A DNA stretch of 64,000 bases. Source: Lepidodermella squamata. Lineage: Eukaryota; Animalia; Gastrotricha. The notes beneath the pieces were generated by a model. That model searched no databases, was not told the origin of the DNA, and worked only from the letters and a program-made list of their open reading frames with translations. The stretch lies in the NCBI GenBank assembly GCA_047495785.1, contig JBLDXI010000003.1:1116001-1180000 (forward strand), written 5' to 3'. Positions within the stretch are counted from its first letter, which is position 1; each line of letters begins with the position of its first letter. A program made the translations under genes and the position numbers. Below are positions 1 to 13,229 of this stretch, piece by piece.

Positions 1-2144
1 GCTGGCTGGTCTCAGCGCTGTCTCTCATCGCTTGTGAACCGTTGTTGCTGCATAAAATTTTCATTACGCCCGATTTTCAAGTCACTGGTGCCTATGCGCT
101 GCGGCTATGCATCGACGGCCGATGGCGCGTCATCATTATAGGTGAGCCATATTTGGGTACCCCGAATCATTTGGATTTTGCGCCAAATTAACACCAAATA
201 CCTTGAAAAAAATGAATATTTTGTTATCTTTATACCGCTCGATATATCGCCATTTTCCAACTTTTTATTACTTTTTCTGTGCTCCCGCGCACTCACACAT
301 CAAACTTCGAGAGTAAATGTCGTAATTTAGGTCAATTTTTTAAGAATTCTCAAATGATCATGAAAAAAAATTAGTCTTTCCGCCTGCTCGGGATCCAACC
401 TGCTTCGTTTTTCGGTAATAATGTTCCCAGACAGAGCTTTTCGCTTGTAACGCTGCCGTTCGGCGCACCCAGATATTTTCGGGCCACCTTACTTATGTTC
501 TCGTAACGTTGTTCGTTAAACTTCCATTTATCATTTATTTAATTGCCCAGACGACCGAATTGATTTAATTCAATTTTCCCATTTCCTTCTAGACGATGTT
601 TTGCCGTGCTATGGCAGCCAAGGCCGTTTGCTGTTCTCGAAAGCGACCCGAAACCAACTCTGGGTACCTCTCATCGAAAAAGCAATGGCAAAATCCTACG
701 GCTGTTACGAATCTCTCGCAGGCGGGCATACGTACGAAGGGCTGAGCGCGTTAACCGGCGAAGCGGTCGAAACTTTCATTCTACCCGAACCGGACGGCGG
801 CGACTCGAAAGAATCGCACGACCCTGAAGATATTTGGATTAAACTCGTCTCTTACCTCGAAGCTCGTTATCTGATAGGTGCAAGTTGCGGCAGACGGTCG
901 ACCTCGGAAGAAATTTACAACTCAGTCGGGCTGATAAACAACCACGCCTATGCAATTCTAGCCGTTCACTCCTCGATAAATCCAGTTGATGGCACGCCGT
1001 TGCGGCTAGTTAAACTACGCAATCCCTGGGGTACGTCAGACTGGAAGGGCGACTGGTGCGATGCGTCGCCACTATGGAAAACCAACTGCCCAAATGACGT
1101 CAAAAACCAACTGGCGCCTTACGGCCAACCCGAGGGCGTATTCTGGATGTCATACCGCGATTTTCTGTTCTATTTCGAGAATGTCGATGTCTGCAAGGTT
1201 CGGCCTGATTGGCGCGAGTACCGCATTTCAGCCGCGTTCCTCCGCCCCCCGTCCGAGTCGGTTGTAGTCGCACTGATTACAGTGGTTGAGACTACGCAGA
1301 TCGAACTGATGCTGCACCAGCACGGCCTGAGGCAAAAGTCGAAATTGAACCGTAGCCCCGTGGATTTGTTCGTTTTGCTATGCTCAGTCCGCCGTGTCGG
1401 GTCGCTGATGCTGCCGGATCGTATTATCGGCACGTCTGGGGCGAGGCGGTTGGATGCGTTTTCGCAGGCTGGCGAGTTCCTCGTGCAGCCGGGGGAGTAT
1501 GCGGTTGTGGTTTTCAGCGCCCATGCTGCGTGTCTGCCGGACTGTGTCAATCGGCTGTACACGTTGTCGGTGCATAGTGCTAAGCCGTTGGTTGTCGACC
1601 CTATCGTTCTGCCGCGCGTCTTCCTCGTCGATGCTATGATCAGCTATGTGCGCAATTTTGGCAAAAAGTATTACGGACCGGGCGATATTGTCGTATCCTA
1701 TGGTGAGTTTTTCTTTTTTTTCCCGAATTTTCCGGCAATGAATACTCTTCTATTCTTTTCCAGTAACATCGCATTTCAGCGGTCTAGCTCTGCTCGTTGA
1801 TAATGGATCTTCTCAGTGGCAAGTCAAGGTCGATTGCGACTGTGAAGGCTCAGAAAACGTTGTTTCAAGCCGGTACACGCTGAAGTCGGTCGATCACATA
1901 CCGCCTGGCCACTGCCAGCTTGTTCAACTGTTAGTTCAACAACCGCTCTTCACATAATTTGTAGGATTTTACGATGTTTTTCTTTAGATTGACGCCTCTT
2001 GAGCCTAGGCAACGCTGGCACGTTGTGCACCATTTGAAGCATGTTGCGACGAATGCGCAGTCGAGAATGGTCATGCAGCCTAGTCGCCCGCCCATCCCCG
2101 ACGATCTCTGCTGGCTACACAATCCTCGTCCTATTTTGAAATGA
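1..2144 (+). CDS. CAPN15: Calpain-15 / small optic lobes (SOL) homologue, 3' part; exons <1-141, 593-1702, 1764-1929, 1988-2144
   Basis: The spliced frame reads (C)WLVSALSLIA...GRWRVIIID|DVLPC, LWVPLIEKAMAKSYGCYESLAGG, HAYAIL (catalytic His) and LVKLRNPWG (catalytic Asn). It continues through the SOH domain to LHNPRPILK*. All introns are GT-AG and frame-compatible. Confidence 0.93.
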
Positions 2145-3003
2145 TACCTTTAATCTCAGACTTGTATCGGATTTTTCTTATGATTTTACACGATTTTCGA
2201 TGAAAGCATTCGAGTGGATTTGTTTGAGATAAGTTCCGGGTTTATTTTTCGCTTGCTACTCATGCGGAAACTGCTATTCAAGAAGCCTACCTTACCTGTG
2301 GAAATCTCGATCTTGCGATTTCGCTGAATTGAACATATTTTGCGGTATGAACTCTCAAAGATCTTTCTGTCTACGGTTATTTTGTTCTATTATAATAATT
2401 ATGAAATGAATGTTAATATTTTTCCGGCTTGAGCGGTGTCGATTTTTAGTTTTGAAGGCCTCGGGTGATTTTTTGTCTGATTTATTAAATTTACGTAAAA
2501 TTGTGATGAAACGGGCTTTGTTGCTTTACGGGAATATTTCTGAGACGCTGGAAATGAATGTTTTACGACGACAAACTCTAATGAGAAAGAAAAATTTATT
2601 TGGAAGAATAAAAACTCAGAAAGGCAACGTGTTTCAATGGTCAATGGTGATATACCGAAAATGCAGTTTATTCGCAGTATTCAGTCATCAGTTTTGGCAA
2701 ATTTGAATTCTTAGAGAGAAAGTAGGTCCATCGGCTGGCATTACATGCTCAACACTCGGATAGTTGCAGTATTTTCAAAAATCTGTCATTTCTGAGCTAT
2801 AATGCCTTCTTGGTAATGTTTTCAGTTTGAGAAGCTGCCGTGCGTAGCTCAGAACGCAACTAAAATTATTTTTGATTCTTTGGCAGCAGTTAAAGCAGAA
2901 AGCCACATCGATAACAGTTAAGGTCGAAAGAATGTCACAAAATAAATGTCAATGAATGAATTAGAATGAATAGGAGTTGGTTTTTCAATCCATGTCTCAA
3001 CGA

Positions 3004-6000
3004 TCAAGATGGAACCCGCTCGCAAAGACCGTAATCGGTAAGGCAACTCGATCGATAAAGATAGCCTTCAATCGGACCATTATAAAGAGTTGCACCTGTG
3101 TGAAAATAAGCCGCAGATCTCAAAACAATTCTAAACATATTTTCGACTTACAAAAATAACGGCTGATTGGCGAATTGAAGAAATCGATAACCGAAGCGTT
3201 GAAAGGCTCGCCTGTGATCCAAGAATAGGCCTGTGATTCAGAACGCTTCGCACCAATGAATGCTTCACGAATTTGGTTCGCGTCGAGTAGATCTTGAGCA
3301 GCCTTGAATGTTACCGGATCCTTAATTGTCGCCAGTGATTTACCTAGATCTCGACAGGCTTGCGCGACTGCGTCTCTGTTGCCGACAGTATGGGTGAGTT
3401 CCAGGCTGGCCGAGGTCTGAAAACACAAGAGTGGTTTACTTCGACATGATTTACAGCTCACTCAATGGTTCACGCAAATGACGGTTTTCCGCTTGGACTG
3501 ATTTTAATGAAAATATGACTGATGACAGCATTAATAGAAGATTATGAGTGTTCAGCTAAAGCATCTCGGATAAAAAATCAAAATAAATCATCGAACGAAA
3601 TTATTGGCCTAGCCTGAATCTGAATGAGTGAATAAAATCCAATTTATCTCGTTAAGAAACGTTGTACTTACATTTCCGCAAAGGCCGGGAAGGTTCCTCC
3701 AGCATGACTGGTCCCAAAAGCCCAAGGAGACCATGCTAACGCCTGCGTAGAAATAATTGAATCAACTTGTTTAGTTCAACTTGACAATCGCCGCAGAAAT
3801 TAGTCATTTTACGCGCGGAAATTGGTCGAATAAAATAGCACTTGCACCGTGAATCAGACCTTAGTTTTTAACGGTGGACTACGGTGTGTATTTGATAGCA
3901 CTTTCCCGCACCGTAGCATTTTTGAAATTCTAAAACTTACTAATTCCTCAACTTTTTCAAACGTTTATTGATACTGGTGATCGATCACTATCGTAAGAAT
4001 ATCACGACGCGAGGGCAAGTCGGGGGGTCACGTGATTAAGGCGCTCAGCGCAAAACTTCCAGAGTTAGTACTAGAACCGTAACATAAAATCGAAAAAGAA
4101 GAAAATGCGCAATATTCTTAATTAATGGGTAACCCAAACCAGGGAAAGCGCGAAAAAGGTTACCAGAGAGGCTATGATACTAGGGTGGTCTAATCGCGTA
4201 AGTTTGGTGAAGTAATCCAATTTAGAGACATTAATGTCACGTGGCTGATTTCAGCAATTCTGTTATAACAACTGAGCGCCTGGCGGAGTCTCCCAGTGAG
4301 TCTCCGTTTGGAACAATAGTAGCCCCGGGAGAGAGCGTTCAGGCGAAACAAACCCGGCCTCATTTGGATTCTCCGTCAGGGCGCCTGGGCTCCGGATGGG
4401 TTCAAATGGGTTCAAAATATAACAGTTGCTCATTTCATGAGACATCGATGCACTCTGGGCGCCTGGCGGAGTCTCCCAGTGAGTCTCCGTTTGGAACAAT
4501 AGTAGCCTCGGGAGAAAGCTGCCAAGGGATGTAATTAGGTACCGTTTGGGAATATCATTTAGCGGAATCAAATACTGGTGAATTTTCTAGAATTATTGAC
4601 ATGCAATAAATATCCTAAAAGCGATTTCAGGCCACTAGAAAATTCTAAAATTTGGTTCCGCAACAGCAAATTTGGTTCCGGTAACAGGAAGACCCATTAC
4701 TGTTTCCTCTGCTTTCGCCTCACCTTGAAATTAAGCTATTGACTGGAAATTATTCGAAGATCTATAATTATTTGAGAAAATTGATGAAAATTCAGTAATA
4801 TTCTACACAATTTGACTTGGTTTCATCCACGTTTGACCACTGTATACATCTGTGGCAAATTTTGGCCGTTGCCTCTCACACGGCGCGCAAATAGCACAGG
4901 GTGATTCTTTGGCGCCCGGGTGCTCCCTATCCGCCTGGTTGATTCTCGACTTCTTCATGTCATCCGATAGCCAAGGGTCTGAATTAGAAGGCAGGCCAAG
5001 CAACGATAAATCTTGCGTCGAACGCGGCCCTATTACGCGCAGTTGAGTCGTAGCGCAAAACACATAGCATCATTGCATACATAGTAAAAATCTTCGCCAT
5101 TGCGCCGGCTTTCTAGAATCATCCTACACTACGCATGGTTTGCGCAAAGTTTTTGAATTATATTGATCTGAAATAAGTCGGCTTTTACGAAAAACGGCCT
5201 CCAACAAAAAATTCGACGGCAAAATTTTTGCGCATAGTTTTTGCAAAATTGTAGAGAGAGTTTGCGATGCATTTTTTCAATAGGCTTATTATCATTTCCT
5301 TGACCACTTTTGCGGACTAAATCATGCAAGAGTTTGATTTGCTTTTCAAGAGATTATTCTTGATTGGCGCCCTCCGAGACGGCGCAACCACCTGCGCGCG
5401 CGCAGCGCTCGAGGACAAATGATATAATATGTGTCGCGTATAAAGCTTATTATTAATAATTTACTCGCGTTCTCTGACGAGAAGGACAATATTGTCCGTC
5501 GGCACTGAAAGGGTTAAGAATAATCTTCGTCTGTACTCGGACCGGAAAATTCAGGTACAATACTTAACATCGCTAGTGCATGGTTGGTATTTTTCAATAG
5601 AAATTGTACAGGCTTCAACATTCAAACGCGCAGCGTATCCCCAATCCGTTTGAAGGCTCTGATTTGGAGTGAACAAATGGCGAACAAATATAGGGAATAA
5701 CAGTAGCTAATTAATTGCTTACATGCGTCCTGTGCCATTATCGCATACCAAAATGGCGGGTCGACTATAACGGGGCTGCCGTCTTCCTCCCATTTGAAAT
5801 CGGCTATTAACCCGATTGTTGCTATCAAAACCGAGCCCATGGCTTGAAAGCACTCAGCGAGTTCGGCCGATGTTGAAAATTTCGCCAGGCGCCCGCCGCC
5901 GTTCTTGCAGGTTTCTTTATGTTGAAATAACGTACCTTGCGAGGGGGTGACGAAGTACCTAGGCAACGGCGTCATATCGGCCATACAAGCGGCATGGTTT

Positions 6001-7840
6001 ACAGCGAAAATTGTCGAGTTTGAATAGATTTTCACCTAAGTATAAGATTAACTGTTTTACTGCGAAGAAGGTAAATTTTGACATGTGACGTATCTACGTC
6101 ACATCATGCATTTTGAGGACTTACAATGGCTGAACCATTGGGACAAATGTTGTAACACTTCTTGCCATTCGACGTGTCGCATTGAACGGCATACTACGAA
6201 AGAAATAAAACGCATAATTCATGTAAACTAAAAGTATGACCTCTCAAAATGTTCTCAGAGAATTGCCAATTTTACTTAGGAAATTACCCAGGATAAGCAG
6301 TTGGCTTTGTTTCGGTAGACACCACTTGAAAATTGAGCTGTTTCACCAACACCCGAGCATCCGGAGCTGCTCAATCGGCAACCAGTGAATGCTCCAGTCG
6401 TAGCATTGAAACAGCGAATATGAGGCTTTACGGAGTCAGAATATGAGGCTGAAAAATACTGAATTAATTCTTCGACCAAGTGGAGAGCTCACTAAATATA
6501 CTGCTGATATTTCGAAGGCAAGCGTCCAAGTTCGAGAATTGCCTGTTCGATATTACCTGATCGCAAATAGAATTGAAAGAAGCATTTTTAATCTTATCTA
6601 ATTTGTTTCATTTTTACCGAATTATTAGGGCAGGAGAATCCACTGGGAACGCAGCTGACAAATTGTTGTGCCGCATCAACGCACGAGTCGAATTTTCCCT
6701 TCTGCGAATTCAAATCGCGTTTTGATTGCCAAAGAAAGACTTAGCGAAAATTTTACCGGGAATGCATTGAACACCGTAGAACAATTCGCGAAATTGATCT
6801 TCAGCGGGAAAAAGCCATTGAAACTGTCACTGACCTGTAATGAAAAAAATTACTTATAAATTACCAAAAACCAAGGTATGCGGGGTCTTTCATATCATGT
6901 ATCATAAGTTTTAACAGAGAGATTCAAAAGAATAAGGGAATACTGTATGGCTAGCCATGGAGAAATAAAATTCCCCCCGATCTGGAATCCCGAGTGAGGT
7001 TGGCGCAGCCAAACGAATCGAAAGCCATAGAGTAATGCTATTCCTACATGCGCACTATTTGGAGCCACTTTTTGGGGTGTTAAAGGGTCATAACCCTGTG
7101 AAAATAGCGTAAAAAATTGAAATAAAAATTCCGCCTTAAAAAATTTAATTCAGCCATAGAGAAATTCAATTTCCCAATGGCTAAATTTAACCACGCGCAT
7201 GTAGGAATATCGATATTTTAAATCGGTGATAGAAAGGCTATGCATTGCCCAGTAAAGCGCTTTGAACAAAAAATGGTTCTCTATTGAATAGGCCATTAAT
7301 TTTTTATTTAATTTTCAGAGGATTATGAGCAGGGTCGGCAACGCAGCCAGTGTCTCAAGGTGCCTGAACAGTAGTGGATGTTTGGTGGATGTTTGTGTTT
7401 GGCTCCGTCCTCAGTTTCAAATCTGATCTCTGTTGAAAAAAAATTAACTAACCTGGACTTCAGTGCCACTCGCACATCCTGGGCTGCCAGGTCGACACGT
7501 CGCTGTGTTTGTGGCGAATCGGTAGCACAATCTAGCAGTCTGCCGTTCGTGGAATCAGTGTCATCGCTGTTAAATTAGTAATTAGGTTACGACTCACCGC
7601 CCTCAGACAAGCAGTTTGATCTGGTTGACTGCCCCCGAGCTGAAAAAGATAATCCATAGCCTATGCACAATGCAGATACTTACAAAAACTTACCTGGTAT
7701 TCACTCAATCGCTGGCAGCCGCTAGGTACTTTTCGGCAATCTGTGAACGAATCGTCGAATTGTGAGAAGCAGCGAGCCCACTGGCCGTTAACCCCAATAT
7801 CGCTAGCGGCGAATAGCAAGACCGTAAGCAAGAAAAGCAT
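3004..7840 (-). CDS. Secreted ~436 aa protein: signal peptide, four 4-Cys repeats, two C-type lectin-like domains; exons 7694-7840, 7598-7639, 7453-7539, 6493-6556, 6288-6448, 6125-6193, 5723-6035, 3672-3742, 3152-3416, 3004-3095
   Basis: Hand-joined GT-AG exons all agree in phase. Signal peptide MLFLLTVLLFAASDIGVNG. CTLD1: C..GGGRLA...IGL..FKW.DGS...C...FWDQSC...LC. CTLD2: AC..LGKSLATI...AFIG...YSWITGE...C...C...LCE. Confidence 0.8.
4276..4507. repeat. 49-bp direct repeat, two copies 183 bp apart, inside an intron (probable TE remnant)
   Basis: GCGCCTGGCGGAGTCTCCCAGTGAGTCTCCGTTTGGAACAATAGTAGCC at 4276-4324 and 4459-4507. Confidence 0.85.
4650..4695. mobile_element. Terminal-repeat remnant of a DNA transposon family, also seen at 33490-33548 and, inverted, at 41184-41220
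   Basis: Shared AAATTTGGTTCCG...AAGACCC end sequence at three dispersed sites. Confidence 0.55.
7039..7209. mobile_element. Small MITE-like element with 15-bp inverted ends
   Basis: TATTCCTACATGCGC at 7039-7053 and its reverse complement at 7195-7209. Confidence 0.5.
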
Positions 7841-8411
7841 TTTCAATAGGTGGGCAACTATTTAAACAGAGGGCAGCTCTATTAGCGATGCCAAAACAAC
7901 TGTCCTACTTGACTATCAACAAGTGTCTCCGAAAATAAATATAAACCGTTTTCATCAGCAATTTTCCACGCCACAGTTGGATATTGCCGATCTATCATTC
8001 TACTATATTCGGAGAAGGATATCCGAAATAATTCCACACGTCAATTGAATTTCAAACCTATTTCCCCCTATTAAAATAACAAAATAAAAATGTGGGTAAT
8101 AATTTGGAGTACATAACGTCGCGTGCTTTATTGTCTCCACGTGCCCGTGTTTATTTCAATGGGTGTTTTTTTTATTCGACCCGGCATGCCCGCACGCGTT
8201 CATATACGCCCGGCCTCGCATGATCGGGCAGCTGCGGGAAAATGGAACGCACGCGATTTGAAGCAGCAGAAATTGCAAAAACACTATATACGTGAACAAG
8301 TAGTGTACGTGATGTCTATTACTGCTGCTGAATAATCACTCAGAAAATTATGAAATAAATGCAAATAATTAGAAAATAATTATGCTCAAAAAGAATTACG
8401 GCAAATAATTA

Positions 8412-8794
8412 CCGTACTGCCCGAAAAAAGCCAGCCTCGAATAAATGGCAGCCTCAAATAAATGTCAGAGGTTGGAGGTCGTTCGAAATAATAAATGTCA
8501 GGCCCGAAATAAATGTCAGGTCAATGGCAGGGAGTTTACTGAAGATCACTAATGAGGTCATTATAGCCATTCTGAATGGAGATAATTTCTACTCTTGGAA
8601 AGGTCAGGGACCAATTTTTCGGGTCAAAACAAGTAGAAGTTGAGGAAAATGTATGCCATTTTGGTACATAGGCAAGTTACTAGTCGGTTCGAATAAATAT
8701 AAATGCCAGTCCCTTTTAAATGTCAGGAGTTCATCAATAAAGAGTATGAGTTTGAAAAAAACAAATGTCATGGTTTTTGTTCCGGGCAGTACGG
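8412..8794. mobile_element. Tc1/mariner-superfamily (Tc2/pogo-like) MITE
   Basis: TIR CCGTACTGCCCG / CGGGCAGTACGG, flanked by TA on both sides. Internal AATAAATG(T/G)CAG subrepeats. Confidence 0.75.
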
Positions 8795-9362
8795 TAATTA
8801 TCAACGCCGATAAAATTATCAATTTGATAATGCTTCATTAAACTGCCTTTAATTAATATTTTATTAAGTCCAAATTATTGAATCTTCATCTTTTTCTGAT
8901 TTCGGAGCTTCGGAGCTGCGTTTTAGAACAGTTGCCTAGTACCTGCCTAGTAAACCATGGCGAGTTTCGACAGATTCCCAAAATTTGAATTCAAAATGGC
9001 AGCCTCCGTTCAACATTTTACACAATTTAATGACAATTTGAGACGAAGTGATTAATTGGTGAATGATGGAGAATCGTTTCAAATCAAATTTATCCAGATC
9101 CGAAGCGAGTCGGAAAATGAAATTAAATTATGCGTCGCGAATGGCCTTGACCTTCAGCAGGTTGACCAGGCCTGTTTTAGATATTTTTAATGCTGAAGAT
9201 TTTGCGATCGGAAATCAAACTGAGCTTGATTTCATTAAATCATGCTGTGGATTTAATCCTTCAAAATTCATGGTCATTGAATTGAAGTGTTAAGCATCAA
9301 GTTAGACTGGAATAGTGCGAATAATAATTTCCCTTGGTTTGTGAGCATAAGCATAAATCAGC

Positions 9363-9962
9363 GGTTATGTGCGAAAAGAGCAAGCGAAATAAGAGCAATG
9401 ATATATGAGCAATGACATAAGAGCAAAACGAAATAAGAGCAACGAGATAAGAGCAGCGAAATAAGAGCAGAACGACATAAGAGCAATTTAATATAAGAGC
9501 AATATTGTTATTTCTAGTTGCTATATAAATGTTATTCTTTTATGCGGCCATTTTTTCTGTCAAGCTTTCGTCCCACTACCATAAGTTCGCACGCGCCTAA
9601 TCAGTTTTTTTCTGCGAAGAATTGGCAACGAAACCCGCTTATTCGGTTGGCTTCGGGGCTGCTAATGAAAAATAATGAGCAACATCGCGTGCTTGACGCC
9701 ATTTTTTGCCATATCAATGTACCAAAAAATTGCTCTTTTTATTACATTGCTCTTATCTCGTTATGCTCTTATTTCGTTTGCTCTCATATCGCTGCTCTTT
9801 TTTCGCTTGCTCTTAAGTCATACATTTACAGTGTAAATCCAACATAATATAATTGCTCTTATGTCATCTTGCTCTTATCTCGTTGCTCTTATTTCGTTTT
9901 GCTCTTATGTCATTGCTCATATATCATTGCTCTTATTTCGCTTGCTCTTTTCGCAAACAACC
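9363..9962. mobile_element. Non-autonomous foldback element with ~90-bp TIRs built of TAAGAGCA subrepeats; 8-bp TSD (Merlin- or hAT-like)
   Basis: 9371-9455 is the reverse complement of ~9870-9954. AAATCAGC is duplicated at 9355-9362 and 9963-9970. Termini are GG...CC. Confidence 0.85.
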
Positions 9963-11429
9963 AAATCAGCTAAGTATAAAAAATCACGAAAATCCGAGTT
10001 ATTAGCACGATCCCGATTACGTTTTTTTACTCGCCCGCGTAGAAGTTGTTTTGATAAAAAAATGTTTTCAGCCAGCCCGCACAGCCCGGATTTTTTTATT
10101 GCTCGTCCGCACAATCCGCCGGATCTCCCCGGGCGCACTGGGGAATAAAAAAAACACCCAATCGAGCTGTCCATTTACAGTCGAGACGTCCAGAAAAGCG
10201 GTCGATTGACAATTCACCACGCGATTCAGTTTCGCGTGTTTGTTCGCAACGCCACCGTGAAAACGGTTTGAGAGTCGATCTCACGATTGATTACGCAATG
10301 CTTTCGCTAAAATACCCTTATTTCTCTTTGCCGACCACGGTATTAGTTCTTCTTATTAGTTCCAGAGTAAATTGCATCAAGAAATATTGGCCAGCAAGGC
10401 TAACTCGTCGTGACGATTCGGCAATAGCTAACAGGCCAGCGGTTGAGACAAATCGTGTAACACAGGTTTAAGCAAAACTTTTAATTCAGTAATGTCACCT
10501 AAGCGGTGATAATTGCTTGGGACTAATACTGTATGGACTCGACACTAGCCACTTTTCTGCTGGACAGGAAAAAATCAATAATTTCGATGCGAGAAAATCA
10601 CATGAAAAAATGTGTTTTTTTTACGCATTAAAGGCACCATTTTTACGCATCCGCCCGTTACAAAGCAAAAAACAGGACAAGTTTCACGAGAGTACCGTAT
10701 GGGCAAGTCATGCCGATAGATACAGACTTAATTTTTATGAATATAGATAGCTCAAGTCACGATCTTTGCAACAGTGCCAAATTCAAAATTTTATGACTTC
10801 GCTGTGATTTTACATTGAATTTTACACAGAAATTGCCATTTTTGAGGAAATAAAAAATGGCAAAAAATTATTCAATGAGTCATGAATATTCTCTCGTATT
10901 TTTTTCTGAATATATCAGCGTAAATAATTCGGTTCTATTTTTAGAAATTTTTGCTCATTCTGTCAGAAACATCAATTTAGCTAAGTAAATTCAGCACCCA
11001 TGTCATGGTCATGTCAGTATGTCATGGTTTATACCGTTACAAAGGTCCTCTCATGTAGAATTCGGCTATGTAAAATTAAATGCGATCCGAAATAAAGGTA
11101 AGGTGTGATACGGTACCAACGGGACGAGACTTCGATTCTTCCCAATGTAATGGTCGCATGCGTAAAAGAGGTTCTCATAAAACGTCATTTTGCGATTTTT
11201 TTCTCGCGATTTTTGAACGACTTTACGATCACGATTCTTCGGACGGTTTTTTGCGTCCAGCAGGATTTTAATGGAGAGATGCTAGCAGTGTCGAGTCCAT
11301 ACAGTATTAGTCCCAAGGATAATTGAGCAGTTTACACTTCAGCAACTGTCACTTTTGCAGCTCTTTTTTTAATATGGTTTTTAACATGATGATGCTAATG
11401 TTCCGCAAATCATTGATGTCCTAATCCTA

Positions 11430-11869
11430 TTATAAAGACTTTCCAACGCATCAACGCACTGTTTTTGCTATCGCAGTCGTTGTTCTGCTCGGACTCGGTT
11501 GGTTTCAGATTTCATCAGTCGGCCGCGGTAGATATGTAGTCCTTTGTTTTTCCTTTAGCTTACACCGAAGCCAAGGTCTGGAATGTCGAGTCGAAAGAGA
11601 TGTATCGCTAAATTCTAAATTCTAAATTCAAATATTTATTGTTCGTTGACATCATATAAACAGGGGAGACGAAATAATTGAAAGATATCAACGACGCGGG
11701 GTCGCAAGATTACATGCGCTTGCCGGCGGCAGTGCGCTGTGGACACAAGTGGACGCAACTACCATAAGAGCGTCACTGCTTCGGTGAGCCGATCCTTCGA
11801 GAATAAGAAGGCTTTCAGCAAGGGACGTGCCTTCCCGATGAAGAAGCGCCACGGCAAGAAGTTCGGCCG
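11430..11869 (+). pseudogene. Degenerate, truncated third copy of the cationic secreted protein gene
   Basis: Aligns to 12001-12276 including the intron position. There is no ATG (ACG at the equivalent site). A ~150-bp insertion lies at ~11609-11757, and the copy is cut off after KKFGR. Confidence 0.85.
11609..11757 (-). mobile_element. 5'-truncated retroelement 3' end inserted in the pseudogene
   Basis: The minus strand ends AATAAATATTTGAATTTAGAATTTAGAATTTA (polyA signal plus tandem-repeat tail). CGC is present on both sides of the insert. Confidence 0.5.
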
Positions 11870-11907
11870 TATGGTGGCAGTTACGCCTTAAAAATTCCGA
11901 TCTTGGG

Positions 11908-11914
11908 TATAAAA
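11908..11914 (+). promoter_or_regulatory. TATA box of cationic protein gene copy A (copy B at 17185-17191)
   Basis: TATAAAA 100 bp upstream of the ATG, with a pyrimidine-rich TTCATCC about 30 bp downstream. Confidence 0.6.
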
Positions 11915-12007
11915 GAGCAAGCGACTCCAGTGGAATTTCATCCGCAATCAGTTCTAATATTTAAATAAGCTCTTTTCTCTTTTCCAATCGAATCCTCTAC
12001 CATCAAA

Positions 12008-12493
12008 ATGCGTGCTATCCTCGCAATCGCAGCTGTTGTTCTCCTCGGACTCGGTAGGTTGCTCAATCAGTTCGAGAAAACTATGTAATCCAATGAATAT
12101 CACATCGTTTCAGCCTACACCGAAGCTAAGGTCTGGAATGTCGAGTCGAAGGAGATGCATCGCAACTACCACAAGAGCGTCACTGCTTCGGTGAGCCGAT
12201 CCTTCGAGAATAAGAAGGCTTTCAGCAAGGGACGTGCCTTCCCGATGAAGAAGCGCCACGGCAAGAAATTCGGCCGCAAGATGAACAAGCGCCGTGGCTC
12301 CTACTCGAAATCGGTCTCTGTTTCTGTATCGGTCTCCGGTAACAAGCGCAACCACGGTCGCAAGTTCGGCTACGGCAAGAACAAGAAGGCTGGTTTCAAG
12401 TTCGGCAACAAGTTCGGCTACAACTTTGGAAAGGGCAAGGGCAACAAGAAGGGTTCGTACTCGTACAGCAAGTCGGTCAGTGGCTCATACTAA
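12008..12493 (+). CDS. Secreted, highly cationic K/G/S/F/Y-rich protein, 141 aa, copy A; exons 12008-12053, 12114-12493
   Basis: Signal peptide MRAILAIAAVVLLGLAYTEA spans a 60-bp GT-AG intron. Strong codon bias (AAG, TTC, GGC, TAC). TATA box upstream, AATAAA at 12542. Confidence 0.88.
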
Positions 12494-13229
12494 AAACTTT
12501 AATTTGATACCGCAGTATTAAAAATATTTCTATGATTGACGAATAAAAATTCTATTCTGAGGATTTTGGGTTTTTTGTTGCGATTAATTTGAAATCCTTG
12601 TTTGAAGGCGCATTGCAATACACCATTCCAAGGTGACAACTTACTGAAATAGGGATTACTGATTTGTTTTTAGTTTCATTCCCCTTCCCAGGGGGTGAGC
12701 CGAATCCCGGAGGTACTGCAATACCGGGCCGACTCTTTGCCAGTTTACGATGAATGACTATAGCGATGAAGAAGCGCCGGATAGAATTGTTTACAATCCA
12801 GGCGGTGGCTTTCATACAAAAAACTCGCTCTGGGCTGCCGATGGATCACCTCGAATGACCTACCGAGAATGGGAGGCTAGAATGAGGCAGCGACGAATGC
12901 AACAGCAGAAAATACTAAACTTCACCCACTTGACCGAAGTCATCGCAGCTGCAACTAGGACGAGTCCAAATTTGGCCCGAGTCAGGACGAGCTCATCGCC
13001 GAAAAACAGAGCTAGACACTCTACAGCTTCTATTAAAAACTTGTAGAAACTTTATTCAGCTTATTTCGAACTGTAGCATTAAATTGAGGCAAAGTTTTGT
13101 TCAGTTTTTTCCTACTTGAAATATAAGGTAGTAGTAAAAACAGAGAATCCAAATTTCCGTACTCGTAAGAAATAAAATTCGACGTAGTTTAACAGTTCAC
13201 AGTTTAAATTTCAAGTCGTACGATGCCAT

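Larger units (their letters stand above)
11871..13110 (+). repeat. Segmental duplicate of 17148-19370 carrying an internal ~1-kb deletion
   Basis: 11871-12735 matches 17148-18010, and 12734-13110 matches ~19006-19370. The junction has TC microhomology. Confidence 0.9.

Noticed and set aside
1703-1800. C-terminal FFFFPNFP... tail of the 399-aa ORF
   Set aside because: Read-through into the 1703-1763 intron. The true calpain-15 frame continues in later exons.
5474-5518. Second hammerhead candidate (CTGACGA...GGACAATATTGTCC...GAAA)
   Set aside because: GAAA does not follow the hairpin directly and no stem I or III forms. The GAAAGGGTTAA end looks more like a piggyBac-type terminus.
12750-13046. 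Independent 98-aa gene
   Set aside because: It is the 3' fragment of the 18464-19315 ORF carried in the deleted segmental duplicate.
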